DNA of 64,000 nucleotides from an uncultured bacterium (GTDB lineage: Bacteria > Actinomycetota > Actinomycetes > S36-B12 > CAIKAW01): assembly GCA_903825575.1 (NCBI GenBank), contig CAIKAW010000046.1, positions 12,852-76,851 on the forward strand, written 5' to 3'. Position 1 is the stretch's first letter, and each line of letters opens with the position of its first letter. Shown piece by piece: positions 39,250 to 49,033 of the stretch. Below the pieces are notes generated by a model. That model ran no database searches and was not told where the DNA came from. It was given only the letters and a program-made list of their open reading frames with translations. The position numbers were made by a program, and so were the translations under genes.

Positions 39250-40482
39250 CTAGTGGCTTGGGACCGCGTCGCCTAGTGGTTTCGGCGGGTCGCCGAGAAG
39301 GTCACGAATCCGCTCCCGCGATGGTTCCTCGACAAAGCGCCACATCAGCCAGGCAACCGGCACGCTCGACGCGATGGCCAGCACGGTGAGCACCGCGAAT
39401 ATCGGACCGTGCGTGATGTGGATCTTCCCTGTGACGACGTTGAATACCTGTAGCAACACGATGTGCGTCATATACAAGGAGAAAGAGATGAATCCGCCCA
39501 GCACGAGACGATCTGATGCCAACCACTTAGCCAGTCCATGGCGCGAAAGTGCAAGCGCACCAATCCACATCGCCAGAAGAGGCGCTAGCGCCAGGTGCAT
39601 CCGAGGTGGGAAGTTCGGATCAGACCACTGCAATGTAGGCACGTGGTTCAGCACAAACGAGAAGCCCAGCACGGCGACCGGAAGCACGACCGACAACGTG
39701 GTCGCGAGTCTTTCGACGCGGCGTTTTGGGCCACGTTCGTCCGGAGCGAGCCGGCGAACAATTAGATATGTGATCGATCCGGTCGTGAACTCGGTCAGGA
39801 TGCGAAGCGTCGACCCGAAATTGTCGATGTAGTAGGCGTCCCCGCGATGCAAGATGCCGAACAGCACCACCGGAGAGATGGCAACAATCCAAAGCAGCAC
39901 AAGCCATTTGGTGGCTGCACGCTTGCCGAGCCGGAACAAGACAATGACGAGCACTGGAAACAGTAGGTAGGCCAGCCATTCCATCGACAGAGACCACGCA
40001 GTGAAGTTCCAACCGCGCGTGGGGTGAGCAGCCCATTCTTGGACTAGGAAGACTTGCTTGAAGTAGTCGCCGACATTGAACCAGCCCGGCAGGGCGCCGC
40101 CCTTGCCGCCAATGATCGAGTATGACAACGTCACTACGCCGGCGATGTTTAGCATCACGAAGTGCACGGGGTAGACGCGCGCGAGTCGTAGACCGTAGAA
40201 GTGCAAACTGCCGCGGATCGAGAATTTGGGGCCAAGCTTGTTCAGGTAGGTGTGAGTCAGAATGAAACCCGACAAGCAGAAGAACAGATCAACGCCCAGC
40301 CTCCCGACGCGGAGCACGTCATGTAGACCGGGTACCAGAAGCCCAGACTTTCCAAGGGCCGCCTGAAAATGGTAGAGAACCACCCAAGCCGCTGCGATGA
40401 ACCGCACGCCGGTCAATTGCCGGATGAACTGGTTCATTCGCATCCCTTCGGGCGTCTGACGACGGTGTGCGGATTCTTGCAT
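39250..40482 (-). CDS. Acyltransferase-3 (OafA-like) membrane O-acyltransferase
   Basis: LTGVRFIAA.WVV.YH, GVDLFF.LSGF, RLAR.YP, WSLSME, SFSLY..H, FVEEP. Confidence 0.9.
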   Translation of the reverse strand: MQESAHRRQTPEGMRMNQFIRQLTGVRFIAAAWVVLYHFQAALGKSGLLVPGLHDVLRVGRLGVDLFFCLSGFILTHTYLNKLGPKFSIRGSLHFYGLRLARVYPVHFVMLNIAGVVTLSYSIIGGKGGALPGWFNVGDYFKQVFLVQEWAAHPTRGWNFTAWSLSMEWLAYLLFPVLVIVLFRLGKRAATKWLVLLWIVAISPVVLFGILHRGDAYYIDNFGSTLRILTEFTTGSITYLIVRRLAPDERGPKRRVERLATTLSVVLPVAVLGFSFVLNHVPTLQWSDPNFPPRMHLALAPLLAMWIGALALSRHGLAKWLASDRLVLGGFISFSLYMTHIVLLQVFNVVTGKIHITHGPIFAVLTVLAIASSVPVAWLMWRFVEEPSRERIRDLLGDPPKPLGDAVPSH

Positions 40483-40527
40483 GACACTCGCCTCGCACCC
40501 GTAGCCACGGCGGCATAGGGTCGCGAC

Positions 40528-41943
40528 ATGACCGCTAAGTACGCGCAGCTGCAGGCCTTCGTTTCAGAACACTCGGATAAGTTCGTCGCCGACCTCATGG
40601 ATTGGCTACGGATTCCCTCGATCGGCACCGACCCAGCTCACGATGGCGATGTTCGTCGCAGTGCCGAATGGCTGCGCGATCGGTTCGAGGCCTTGGGGTG
40701 CCCGGTCGTCGAGATCTGGCCCACAGCTGGCCAGCCAGCGGTCTACGCCGAGTGGTGCAGTGCCCCCGGTGCGCCCACTGTCTTGGTATACGGCCATCAC
40801 GATGTTCAGCCGGTCGATCCCCTTGACGAGTGGACTTCGCCCCCGTTCGACCCGGTTGTGGTTGCTACCGAGCACGGGGCCCGGCTCTTAGGGCGCGGCG
40901 CAATTGACGACAAAGGCCAAGTTGCCTTCCACTTGCTCGGCTTGGCCGCACACCTGGCGGCAGTCGACCTGGATGGATCGACACCTGTGCACCCAGCCGT
41001 AAACCTCAAGTTCTTGATCGAGGGCGAAGAAGAGTCTGGGTCCCCGCACTTCTCTGAACTGTTGCGTGCGAATAGCGAACGGCTGACCTGTGATGTTGTG
41101 CTGGTAAGCGATACGGGTATGTACGCCCGCGAGACTCCGTCGATCTGTGTGGGCATGCGCGGACTAGTCAATGGTGAGTTTGAACTGCGTACCGCTCAGG
41201 TTGATCTGCATTCGGGATCTTTTGGCGGTGCAGTCCCGAATCCGGCGCACGTCGCTGCTCGAATTATTGCTGGCCTACATGACGAATCCGGCCGGGTGCG
41301 CATTCCTTCGTTCTATGAAGGAGTCCGTGAACCCGACGCGTCGGAGCGTGAACTCATGGCCAAGCTTCCGTTTGATGAGGCCGAATATTTGCGCACGACC
41401 ACGACAAAGATCCTGGTAGGTGAGGCTGGTTGGTCAACCTTGGAACGCACCTGGGTTCGTCCCACCGCTGAGATCAACGGGATCCTGTCTGGCTATGCCG
41501 GGACAGGTCACAAGACGATCGTGCCAAGCAGCGCTTTAGTGAAGTTCTCCTTCCGCCTTGTTCCAGGTCAGGAGCCGCCGGCGATTGCAGCGGCCTTCCG
41601 GAAGTGGCTCGGCGAGCAAGTGCCAACTGGGGTCGATGTCTCACTGCGCTTCTTCGGCGACGGCGTGCGGCCGTGCCTTACTCCACTTGATCACCCAGTT
41701 CTTCAAGCAGTAGTCCGGGCGTTAACTACGGTGTTCGACTCGGAAGTTCTGTTCACTCGTGAAGGCGGCAGTGGACCGGAAGCTGACTTAGCCGAGATTC
41801 TGGCGGTCCCGGTTGTGTTCCTGGGTGTGGGCCTTCCCGACGACCGGATCCACGCGCCCAATGAGAAGGCCGAGATTCCTTTGCTGCTAAAGGGGGCTGA
41901 GGCGGTTGCACTGCTCTGGGCCGATCTCGGTGGTACCAGTTGA
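40528..41943 (+). CDS. M20 family dipeptidase
   Basis: YGHHDVQP, GRGAIDDKG, EGEEESGS, DLHSG, HAPNE; TAGGGT-N6-ATG. Confidence 0.92.
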   Translation: MTAKYAQLQAFVSEHSDKFVADLMDWLRIPSIGTDPAHDGDVRRSAEWLRDRFEALGCPVVEIWPTAGQPAVYAEWCSAPGAPTVLVYGHHDVQPVDPLDEWTSPPFDPVVVATEHGARLLGRGAIDDKGQVAFHLLGLAAHLAAVDLDGSTPVHPAVNLKFLIEGEEESGSPHFSELLRANSERLTCDVVLVSDTGMYARETPSICVGMRGLVNGEFELRTAQVDLHSGSFGGAVPNPAHVAARIIAGLHDESGRVRIPSFYEGVREPDASERELMAKLPFDEAEYLRTTTTKILVGEAGWSTLERTWVRPTAEINGILSGYAGTGHKTIVPSSALVKFSFRLVPGQEPPAIAAAFRKWLGEQVPTGVDVSLRFFGDGVRPCLTPLDHPVLQAVVRALTTVFDSEVLFTREGGSGPEADLAEILAVPVVFLGVGLPDDRIHAPNEKAEIPLLLKGAEAVALLWADLGGTS

Positions 41944-42881
41944 CTGTGAACGCTAACCGCCAGTTACTCGCTGGGTTAGCCCTAGCCCGCGGTGATATTG
42001 ATCGGGCCGCTGAGCATCGTGACGATATCCAGTGGCTATCCGATTCTTGGGCGCACGCAGATACCCGGGTGCTGGAGTTGATCAACGGGACCGTGGAACT
42101 TGGCCAGTCCGCGTCTTCAGCGATTGCTTGGTTGTCGCCGACGGACGTTACGCAGGCGGATTGGACTGACCTGTTCTTCCTCGGCAAAGTGGACGCAGTT
42201 GCCCATTTTGCTGTCGCAAGTCCGCTCGAAGCGCCCGACGCCGAGGCGCTTTTGGCCCGGAGTGGTTTGCGCGAGATTGGTTCGACGCTTTCCGATGCGG
42301 AGGCGGGTTTGCTTACCACCGCAGTGGCTTTGGCGAACTGGCATGCGACACATCGGCGCTGCCCGCGCTGTGGGACGCCGACTGAGTCGATCAGCGCCGG
42401 CTGGGCCCGTCGCTGCCCGGCCGACGAGTCACTGCACTTTCCGCGCACAGATCCGGCAGTCATCGCCTTGGTGGTCGACGCCGATGACCGGGCGCTGCTG
42501 GGGCGCCAAGTGGCTTGGCCTGAGCACTTCTTCTCGACGCTCGCCGGTTTCGTGGAGGCCGGTGAGTCCGCCGAAGCAGCCGTTCGACGTGAGGTCTTCG
42601 AAGAATCCGGGGTCGAGGTCGACGATGTCACCTACCTAGGCAGCCAGCCGTGGCCTTTCCCGGCGTCGTTGATGTTGGGGTACCACGCCCGCGCCGTGCC
42701 TGGGTCTGAGATCAGGGTTGACGGCACGGAAATCGCTGAGGCCTATTGGTATTCGCGAGAAGAACTTGTTACTGCCTGCAAGTCGGGCGAGGTTCGACTG
42801 CCATCGTCGGTTTCGATTGCCCGACGGCTGATCGAACGCTGGTTTGGTTCCGAATTACCGGGGGAGTGGTCGCGGCCGTAA
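41940..42881 (+). CDS. nudC: NADH pyrophosphatase NudC
   Basis: CPRCG Zn ribbon, FPRTDPAVI, AGFVEAGE..REVFEE, SQPWPFP. Confidence 0.95.
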   Translation: MTVNANRQLLAGLALARGDIDRAAEHRDDIQWLSDSWAHADTRVLELINGTVELGQSASSAIAWLSPTDVTQADWTDLFFLGKVDAVAHFAVASPLEAPDAEALLARSGLREIGSTLSDAEAGLLTTAVALANWHATHRRCPRCGTPTESISAGWARRCPADESLHFPRTDPAVIALVVDADDRALLGRQVAWPEHFFSTLAGFVEAGESAEAAVRREVFEESGVEVDDVTYLGSQPWPFPASLMLGYHARAVPGSEIRVDGTEIAEAYWYSREELVTACKSGEVRLPSSVSIARRLIERWFGSELPGEWSRP

Positions 42882-42915
42882 GGCAGGGACCGCCGATCTG
42901 TCCCGGTTGGTTGGA

Positions 42916-43797
42916 TCAGTACCAGTAGTGCTGGCTCCAGAATGCCCACGCATCGCATGGAGTGCCGTACGAACTTGTGATGTATGCGAGCCCCCACCGG
43001 ATCTGCGTAGTTGGGTTGGTCTTCCAGTCGGCGCCGGCGGCGGCCATCTTCGTCCCCGGTAGCGCCTGCGGAATCCCGTACGTGGCACCGGTGGAGTCGG
43101 TCGGGTTCCAGTTCGACTCTTGCCACCACATTCGATCTAGGCAAGTCCATTGCTCCAAACCAAAACCGAACTTCGCAAGCAGGTCGACAGCAGTAGCGCG
43201 CGGGGTACCCAGGTAGACCCGGCGATCAGCCCTAGACCATTCGTCGTCACGGTTGCCGATCCGATCATTGTTCTTTAGCAGCGACGCGCGCTGCAATGCC
43301 GACCAATTTGCAGGCAGCGCGGCCAACAAGGTGCGTCCTGCCGCCTCGTCTAACGCTGCCTGCTGCGGCAGTGCCGATCGGGCAAGGATCGGCGCTGTCG
43401 CCACGTTGGCCGCGGCGCTGTGACCTACTCGGTCCGCCGCAGTAAGTGTGGCCATTTCCTGCATAGCTGCCAGCCAGGCGCTGGCCGCGGCCCGATCTCG
43501 CTCGGCGACCGAGAGTTGGCTGCCTGATTGCTGGGAGACCTCGCGGATCAAGGCCGATGCGGCTGAATCCGGTATGAGTGGGCCAGTTGCGGCGGCAACC
43601 GGGCTACTTGGAAGCAGGCTGCCGACCAGCACGAGTGTCGCGGCGATGGCGAATCCACCCAGGAGGAGTCGGGCTTCCGGTTGGCCAATCCACTTCCTTG
43701 GGTGCAGGCGGCCGTCGCGGTGCCAGAGCGTCGACGAGTGGAACTTGGGCGTTCGGGAGTGCCGCGGGGCACGGTGGCGACCACCGGCACGACCCAT
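42916..43797 (-). CDS. Membrane-anchored lytic transglycosylase-like protein
   Basis: GRHR N-terminal motif, TM helix, C-terminal CL...QES.WN...YGIPQALP..KM...NP.TQI.WG..YI...YG.PC. Confidence 0.85.
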   Translation of the reverse strand: MGRAGGRHRAPRHSRTPKFHSSTLWHRDGRLHPRKWIGQPEARLLLGGFAIAATLVLVGSLLPSSPVAAATGPLIPDSAASALIREVSQQSGSQLSVAERDRAAASAWLAAMQEMATLTAADRVGHSAAANVATAPILARSALPQQAALDEAAGRTLLAALPANWSALQRASLLKNNDRIGNRDDEWSRADRRVYLGTPRATAVDLLAKFGFGLEQWTCLDRMWWQESNWNPTDSTGATYGIPQALPGTKMAAAGADWKTNPTTQIRWGLAYITSSYGTPCDAWAFWSQHYWY

Positions 43798-43852
43798 AGC
43801 GCACTCCTGAAAACGTCGGTACGGAGTGCTTCGGCCGGATTTGGGCCAACCC

Positions 43853-44086
43853 TTAGCCGGCGAGGGCTGCCTTAACTTGGCCAATCGAAGGATTGGTCAA
43901 GGTGGTTCCGTTGGGCAGCAGCAACGTAGGCACGATCTCATTGCCGCCATTGACCCCCGCGACGAAACTGGCTGCGGCCGCGTCGGTCTCGATATCAACA
44001 ACCTTGAACTCGATCCCTTCGCGACCCAATTGGGCTTTAAGCCGGTGGCAGTAGCCACACCAGGACGTCGAATACATGGTCAACAT
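43853..44086 (-). CDS. mrx1: Mycoredoxin (glutaredoxin-like)
   Basis: MYSTSWCGYC, NGGN..VPT, TNPS; conserved position beside uvrD2. Confidence 0.9.
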   Translation of the reverse strand: MLTMYSTSWCGYCHRLKAQLGREGIEFKVVDIETDAAAASFVAGVNGGNEIVPTLLLPNGTTLTNPSIGQVKAALAG

Positions 44087-44189
44087 TGCGCCTCCGGGAG
44101 TTCTTGTCGCCGCAGTATCGGCCCGGCAGGTACAACGTTCGCACGGCCCCGTGGCATTCCTCCCCAGCCGGCGCCATCGCCTCCGCTGT

Positions 44190-44211
44190 GGTCGGGCGGT
44201 CCTGACAAGAT
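44190..44211 (+). promoter_or_regulatory. PafBC-like leaderless promoter of uvrD2
   Basis: GGTCGG-N10-CAAGAT-N6-GTG. Confidence 0.45.
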
Positions 44212-44217
44212 GCCTAG

Positions 44218-46338
44218 GTGCCCCTTGACCCCGAAGTCGTGCTGGCCGGCCTCGACGACGAACAGCGGGCCGCTGCGATGGCTGTCACCGGTCCGGTCGT
44301 GATTCTGGCCGGTGCTGGCACTGGAAAGACCCGGGCGCTGACGCACCGGATCGCCTACGCCACTGCCATCGGGGCTCAGGATCCGGCCCGCGGCCTGGCC
44401 GTCACGTTCACGACGCGGGCGGCCGGAGAGATGCGAACCCGGCTGACCGGGCTCGAGGTCCCAGCCCTGCAGGTGCGCACCTTCCATGCGGCGGCGCTGC
44501 GCCAACTGAAGTTCTTCTGGCCGCGCGTGGTCGGCGGCAACTTCCCCAAGTTACTTGAGAGCAAAGCGCGGGTGGTCGCCGAAGCGGCGTCACGTTGCGG
44601 CCTACCGACCGATACGGCGATCGTCCGTGATCTCGCGGCCGAAATCGAATGGGCCAAATCGTCCGGTCACGCTGTCGACGACTATGTGCGCAAGGCTGCC
44701 GGCCGAACGATGCCGGCCGATCTGCTGCCGGCGGACGTTGCTCGCGTGTATTCCTCTTACGACGACATCCGCATTGACCGAGACTTGCTCGACTTCGAAG
44801 ATGTCCTGCTATTGACAGTTGCAATGCTGGACCAACGCCAAGACGTCGCGGATGAAATTCGCAAGCAATACCGCTGGTTCACTGTCGATGAGTTCCAGGA
44901 CGTCAATCCGATGCAGGCCCGGCTGCTTGAACTTTGGCTTGGCGACAGCCAAGAAGTTTGTGTGGTTGGTGATGCCGGCCAAACCATCTACACATTCACT
45001 GGCGCGAGTCCGGAACATTTGTTGTCATTCACGAAGCGCTACCCGGATGCGGTGTCAGTGCGTCTGGTGCGTTCCTACCGTTGCTCGCCGCAGATAGTTG
45101 CATTGGCTAACCGGGTGCTCGATGCAGCAACCGGGCCGGCTGCTGCATTGCGGGTGTCGCTGCGCAGCGAAGCTGAAGCCGGGCCGGCTCCAACGATCAC
45201 GGCCTACGATGACGAACCGGCCGAGGCGGCTGCGGTCGCGGCACAAGCAGCAAAACTGATCGCGGCTGGTTTGCTTTCGCGTGAGATTGCGGTGCTTTAC
45301 CGCACTAATGCGCAGTCCGAAGTGTATGAAGCGGCGTTTGCAAACGCCGGCGTTCCGACGGTGCTGCGCGGTGGCGAGCGCTTCTTTGATCGCGCCGAGG
45401 TGCGAACTGGGATCACGCTCCTGCGTGGCGCAGCGCGCGCGGCCGGGTCCCAAAGCGACGCTACTGCCCAACCGGTCGAGCTTGGACAGGAAGTTGCGGC
45501 CGTGCTTTCCAACACCGGTTGGATGCCGAAACCACCGGCCGGGTCTGGGGCAGTTCGCGAACGCTGGGAATCATTAGCAGCACTGGTATCGCTGGCCGAA
45601 GATTTGGCAGCTAGCCAGCCGCTTGCTGGCTTAAGTGAACTGGTCGCCGAACTCGACCGGCGGGCTGAAGTTCAGCATGCGCCGCAAGTTGCCGGCGTTA
45701 CCTTGGCATCGCTTCACGCGGCAAAGGGACTTGAGTGGACAGCCGTGTTTGTAGTCGGCTTGGCCGAAGGAATGTTGCCCATTGTCTACGCCGACACTCC
45801 GGAGCGGATCGAAGAAGAACGACGCTTGCTGTACGTGGGGGTTACTCGAGCTAAACGGGATCTGGCGTTGTCCTGGTCGAAGGCACGTAGCCCTGGGGGG
45901 CGGACCGGTCGCAACCCGTCGCGGTTCCTGGCGGATTTGACGGGCGCAGCCGTGCCGCAACAACCCAAGTCGGCAACGACTAAGCGGCGCAAAGTGGCGC
46001 ATTGCCGGGCGTGTGGTCGGTCGTTAGTGACGGCTGCTGAGGCAACCCTTGGGCGCTGTACTGGATGCCCGGCGAATTTGGACGCCGATCTCTACGACCG
46101 GTTGCGCGAGTGGCGGTTGCGGCTAGCGGGCCACCGTGGCGTGCCGGCGTACGTGGTCTTCACCGACCGAACGTTGCAGGCGATTGCTGAATTGCAGCCG
46201 AGCGATTCGGCTGGCCTGGCTGAAATCGCCGGAATCGGGCCTCGCAAGCTGGTCGAGTATGGCGAGCAGGTGCTCGAATTGATCGCTGGGGCGGCGGTGG
46301 CGAATATTGCGTTGCCCGAAGCCCCACCTATCGCGTAA
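44218..46338 (+). CDS. uvrD2: ATP-dependent DNA helicase UvrD2
   Basis: AGAGTGKT, DEFQD, SLHAAKGLEW, CxxC..CxxC, C-terminal HRDC. Confidence 0.95.
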   Translation: MPLDPEVVLAGLDDEQRAAAMAVTGPVVILAGAGTGKTRALTHRIAYATAIGAQDPARGLAVTFTTRAAGEMRTRLTGLEVPALQVRTFHAAALRQLKFFWPRVVGGNFPKLLESKARVVAEAASRCGLPTDTAIVRDLAAEIEWAKSSGHAVDDYVRKAAGRTMPADLLPADVARVYSSYDDIRIDRDLLDFEDVLLLTVAMLDQRQDVADEIRKQYRWFTVDEFQDVNPMQARLLELWLGDSQEVCVVGDAGQTIYTFTGASPEHLLSFTKRYPDAVSVRLVRSYRCSPQIVALANRVLDAATGPAAALRVSLRSEAEAGPAPTITAYDDEPAEAAAVAAQAAKLIAAGLLSREIAVLYRTNAQSEVYEAAFANAGVPTVLRGGERFFDRAEVRTGITLLRGAARAAGSQSDATAQPVELGQEVAAVLSNTGWMPKPPAGSGAVRERWESLAALVSLAEDLAASQPLAGLSELVAELDRRAEVQHAPQVAGVTLASLHAAKGLEWTAVFVVGLAEGMLPIVYADTPERIEEERRLLYVGVTRAKRDLALSWSKARSPGGRTGRNPSRFLADLTGAAVPQQPKSATTKRRKVAHCRACGRSLVTAAEATLGRCTGCPANLDADLYDRLREWRLRLAGHRGVPAYVVFTDRTLQAIAELQPSDSAGLAEIAGIGPRKLVEYGEQVLELIAGAAVANIALPEAPPIA

Positions 46339-46341
46339 CCT
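46303..46341 (+). promoter_or_regulatory. WhiB7-dependent (autoactivated) promoter
   Basis: AATATT-N3-TTGCCC-N18-TAACCT: AT tract 3 bp upstream of the -35. Confidence 0.7.
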
Positions 46342-46392
46342 CAGCAATTCGACGGTCCGAACCTAACTGGTTCGGTTTTCTTGGAGGCAGAA

Positions 46393-46527
46393 ATGTTCGC
46401 AATGTTCGACGCAGCTCAGGCGGTCACGCCGGGCTTCGACGCGCGTGCGACCAAGTCCACCAAGTCGAACAAGCGCTACGCCCACACCCCGAAGCTTTGG
46501 GGTCCACGGGAGGATGCTTCGGTGTAA
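46393..46527 (+). CDS. whiB7/wblC leader peptide (uORF, 44 aa)
   Basis: GGAGG RBS; MFAMFDAAQAVTPGFDARATKSTKSNKRYAHTPKLWGPREDASV; ends just before the terminator. Confidence 0.8.
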   Translation: MFAMFDAAQAVTPGFDARATKSTKSNKRYAHTPKLWGPREDASV

Positions 46528-46547
46528 CTCATCGAATGGCAGCCACC

Positions 46548-46587
46548 AGCCGCGGACCCCTTAAGGGATCCGCGGCTTTGTTGTTTT
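46548..46587 (+). terminator. Attenuator terminator of the whiB7 leader
   Basis: AGCCGCGGACCCC-TTAA-GGGATCCGCGGCT-TTGTTGTTTT. Confidence 0.9.
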
Positions 46588-46618
46588 CCAGTAGTTATCG
46601 AACTAAGGAGGGAATCTT

Positions 46619-46957
46619 GTGAGCGTCCTACTGATAGCCGAAGAGCTCACCTTGCCCTGCCATACCGCCGACCCTGAGTTGTGGTTTGCGGAGGCGCCGG
46701 CCCGACTAGACCAGGCGCGAGAACTGTGTGGGCGCTGCCCGCTTTCAGCGCAGTGCTTAGCCGAGGCGATCGAGCGGCGAGAGCCGTGGGGCGTTTGGGG
46801 CGGGGAGTTGTTCGACCGCGGTCAGGTGGTCGCTCAGCGTCGGGCGCCTGGGCGTCCTCGTAAGGATGCCGACGTTCTGGAGCAGATTGCGGCGGCGGCA
46901 CTGGCGGAACGCTTAGCTGATTCGGGGTTGCTTAGCAGGCCTGGTGCAGCTGCCTAA
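46619..46957 (+). CDS. whiB7: WhiB7/WblC transcriptional activator
   Basis: Four Cys, EPWGVWGGE, AT-hook-like GRPRK; downstream of uvrD2. Confidence 0.92.
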   Translation: MSVLLIAEELTLPCHTADPELWFAEAPARLDQARELCGRCPLSAQCLAEAIERREPWGVWGGELFDRGQVVAQRRAPGRPRKDADVLEQIAAAALAERLADSGLLSRPGAAA

Positions 46958-47256
46958 GTCGGCTTTACCTGCCGCGTGGCGCCGGGCGAAGGCGGGGGGC
47001 CGGGGTTAGCGTGATCTTGGGCAACGGCGCCCACGCCTACCCGTCCCTCTGGGGCTGGGGCGAACGGTAGGAGGCAGCGTGCTCTTGACCTGCGATTTTT
47101 GCTCCGCCACGGTCGATCCGACGACCGATCCTGCGTCTGCACTTACTTGGTCAAGTTCACTTGAACGCGGGGTCGCACATCACATGTGCGTGCCGTGTAC
47201 GCGAGCGCAGGTTCGCGACATCGAAGCCAAATTTGCCCTCAACGCCCGATAAGGAC

Positions 47257-47688
47257 TCAGCCGGCGAGTATCACTCCGCTGACAGTCGCTCCGAGCGCCC
47301 CGATTAGTCCTACCCCGCCCCAAATTCCACGGACCATTGGTGTCTTGGACTTGATGTGAAGGTACGCACCAACACCGGACATGGCAACAAAGAACAGTTT
47401 GATCGCCCGCGCAATTCGATAGTTCGTCGCGCCCGTGTTGTCCATCACTAATTCGTTCCAGACTCCGGTGACGAGGAGCACTCCGAAGGCAGGCCACGCA
47501 ATCTTGTTGTAGGCCCTCGCTGCGGCCTTTGGCAGATCACCGCCGACTGCACGCAGGACCGGTAAGAGGCCAAGCAGCACCAACTGACCTCCGACCCAGA
47601 TGGTCGCAGCCAGAATGTGCAGCGTCAGGCGGATCGTGTCGATCGGACCGGTCAACTGCGCCGTGGCGCTTAGCAGAAGTTCAGACAT
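47257..47688 (-). CDS. Small 4-TM membrane protein (CopD-like)
   Basis: LHILAATIWVGG, TGVWN, KL...H motifs. Confidence 0.75.
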   Translation of the reverse strand: MSELLLSATAQLTGPIDTIRLTLHILAATIWVGGQLVLLGLLPVLRAVGGDLPKAAARAYNKIAWPAFGVLLVTGVWNELVMDNTGATNYRIARAIKLFFVAMSGVGAYLHIKSKTPMVRGIWGGVGLIGALGATVSGVILAG

Positions 47689-47712
47689 GTGCCCATCTTC
47701 ACCTACGCCCAC

Positions 47713-49023
47713 CTACGCGGCGAATCCGGGAACCCATCGCTCGAGTTCGGCGCGCACGGGCACCTGAGCACCAAGCTGACACAACACCCCGATGCCGCCG
47801 AGCCAGACTCGATGGATAAGCAAGTAGGACGGCGGGAGGTTGATCTTCAAGCCAATAGCAAAGTCAGGGTTGCGCGGATCGTTGAGTCGAGCGAATTGCC
47901 CGCGAAGCCATTCGCGCGAATAAGTGAATGACGGATGCTTGGCGGGCTCGACAAAAGGATCCAAGTAGTCGAGCAGGGCTTGCGCATCTACCTGAATGTG
48001 GGGTTTTACGAAGCCCTCGGCCCGCAACCCGTCGAGTACGGTCGCCGCGTTTCCGCTCATTGCGATTCGCAGTAGTGCGCCGATTGAGTCGGGTAGTCCG
48101 CCTGGAAGGTGAGCAACTGCACCAAAATCGAGGATGCCCAGTCGGCCGTCGGGGAGTAACCGGTAATTCCCTGGATGCGGATCCGCGTGAAGCAGGCCGA
48201 CGCGACTGGGTGAGCAAAGAAGGAACCGTTCGTAACGCAATCCGACTAGATCGCGCTCCGCTTGATCCCCCGAGACGATCGTGCGCGACATTGAGACGCC
48301 TTCGAGCCACTCGGTTACCAGCACCATTGGGGCGGCAGCCAGCACGTGGGGCACGACGAAATCCGGGTCGTCTTCGAATGCGGCTGCAAATGCGCGCTGC
48401 GACTTCGATTCGAGCAGGTAGTCCAGTTCTTCGGCGACGCGCAACTTCAACTCATCCAGCAGTGGCTTGACGTCCATCCCGGGCAGTAGCGAGCCCATCA
48501 TTCGACCGAGGCGCGCGACTTGGTTGAAGTCCGAGATCAGAGCCGCACCAGCACCCGGGTACTGGACCTTGACGGCTACTTCGCGGCCGTCACGCCAGAT
48601 TGCTCTGTGAACCTGTCCGATCGAAGCGGCGGCTGCAGGGGTCTCGGAGAACTCCCGGAAAAGTTCGCGCCAGTCATCGCCAAGGGCTTCGGCCAGCACT
48701 CGGTGCACCGTTTTGACGGGCATCGGTGGCGCTGCGTCCTGCAATTTGGTCAATGTGGTCCGGTACGGCCCGCTGAGTTCTTCCGGCAACGCTGCTTCGA
48801 AGATGCTCATGGCCTGCCCGAACTTCATGGCGCCACCCTTGAGTTCTCCAAGGACTTTGAACAACTGGTCGGCCGTGCGGGCCTGGATCTCAGCGGCAAC
48901 CGCTTCCGCGGAGGCCCCGCCCACGCGTTTTCCGAACCCGTAAGCCGTGCGGCCGGCGTAGCCAATAGGAAGCGCCGCCAACTTGGCGCTGCGGGTTATG
49001 GCCTTGCGGGGGAGGTCCGACAC
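47713..49023 (-). CDS. ABC1/AarF/UbiB family kinase (Rv3197-like)
   Basis: LKGGAMKFGQ, AASIGQVH, VAVKVQYPG, HADPHPGN, LDFG; GAGAAT-N6-GTG. Confidence 0.93.
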   Translation of the reverse strand: MSDLPRKAITRSAKLAALPIGYAGRTAYGFGKRVGGASAEAVAAEIQARTADQLFKVLGELKGGAMKFGQAMSIFEAALPEELSGPYRTTLTKLQDAAPPMPVKTVHRVLAEALGDDWRELFREFSETPAAAASIGQVHRAIWRDGREVAVKVQYPGAGAALISDFNQVARLGRMMGSLLPGMDVKPLLDELKLRVAEELDYLLESKSQRAFAAAFEDDPDFVVPHVLAAAPMVLVTEWLEGVSMSRTIVSGDQAERDLVGLRYERFLLCSPSRVGLLHADPHPGNYRLLPDGRLGILDFGAVAHLPGGLPDSIGALLRIAMSGNAATVLDGLRAEGFVKPHIQVDAQALLDYLDPFVEPAKHPSFTYSREWLRGQFARLNDPRNPDFAIGLKINLPPSYLLIHRVWLGGIGVLCQLGAQVPVRAELERWVPGFAA

Positions 49024-49033
49024 GCTCCCATTC

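Noticed and set aside
46981-47010. 6C RNA on the minus strand
   Set aside because: Only one C6 run and no twin-hairpin architecture
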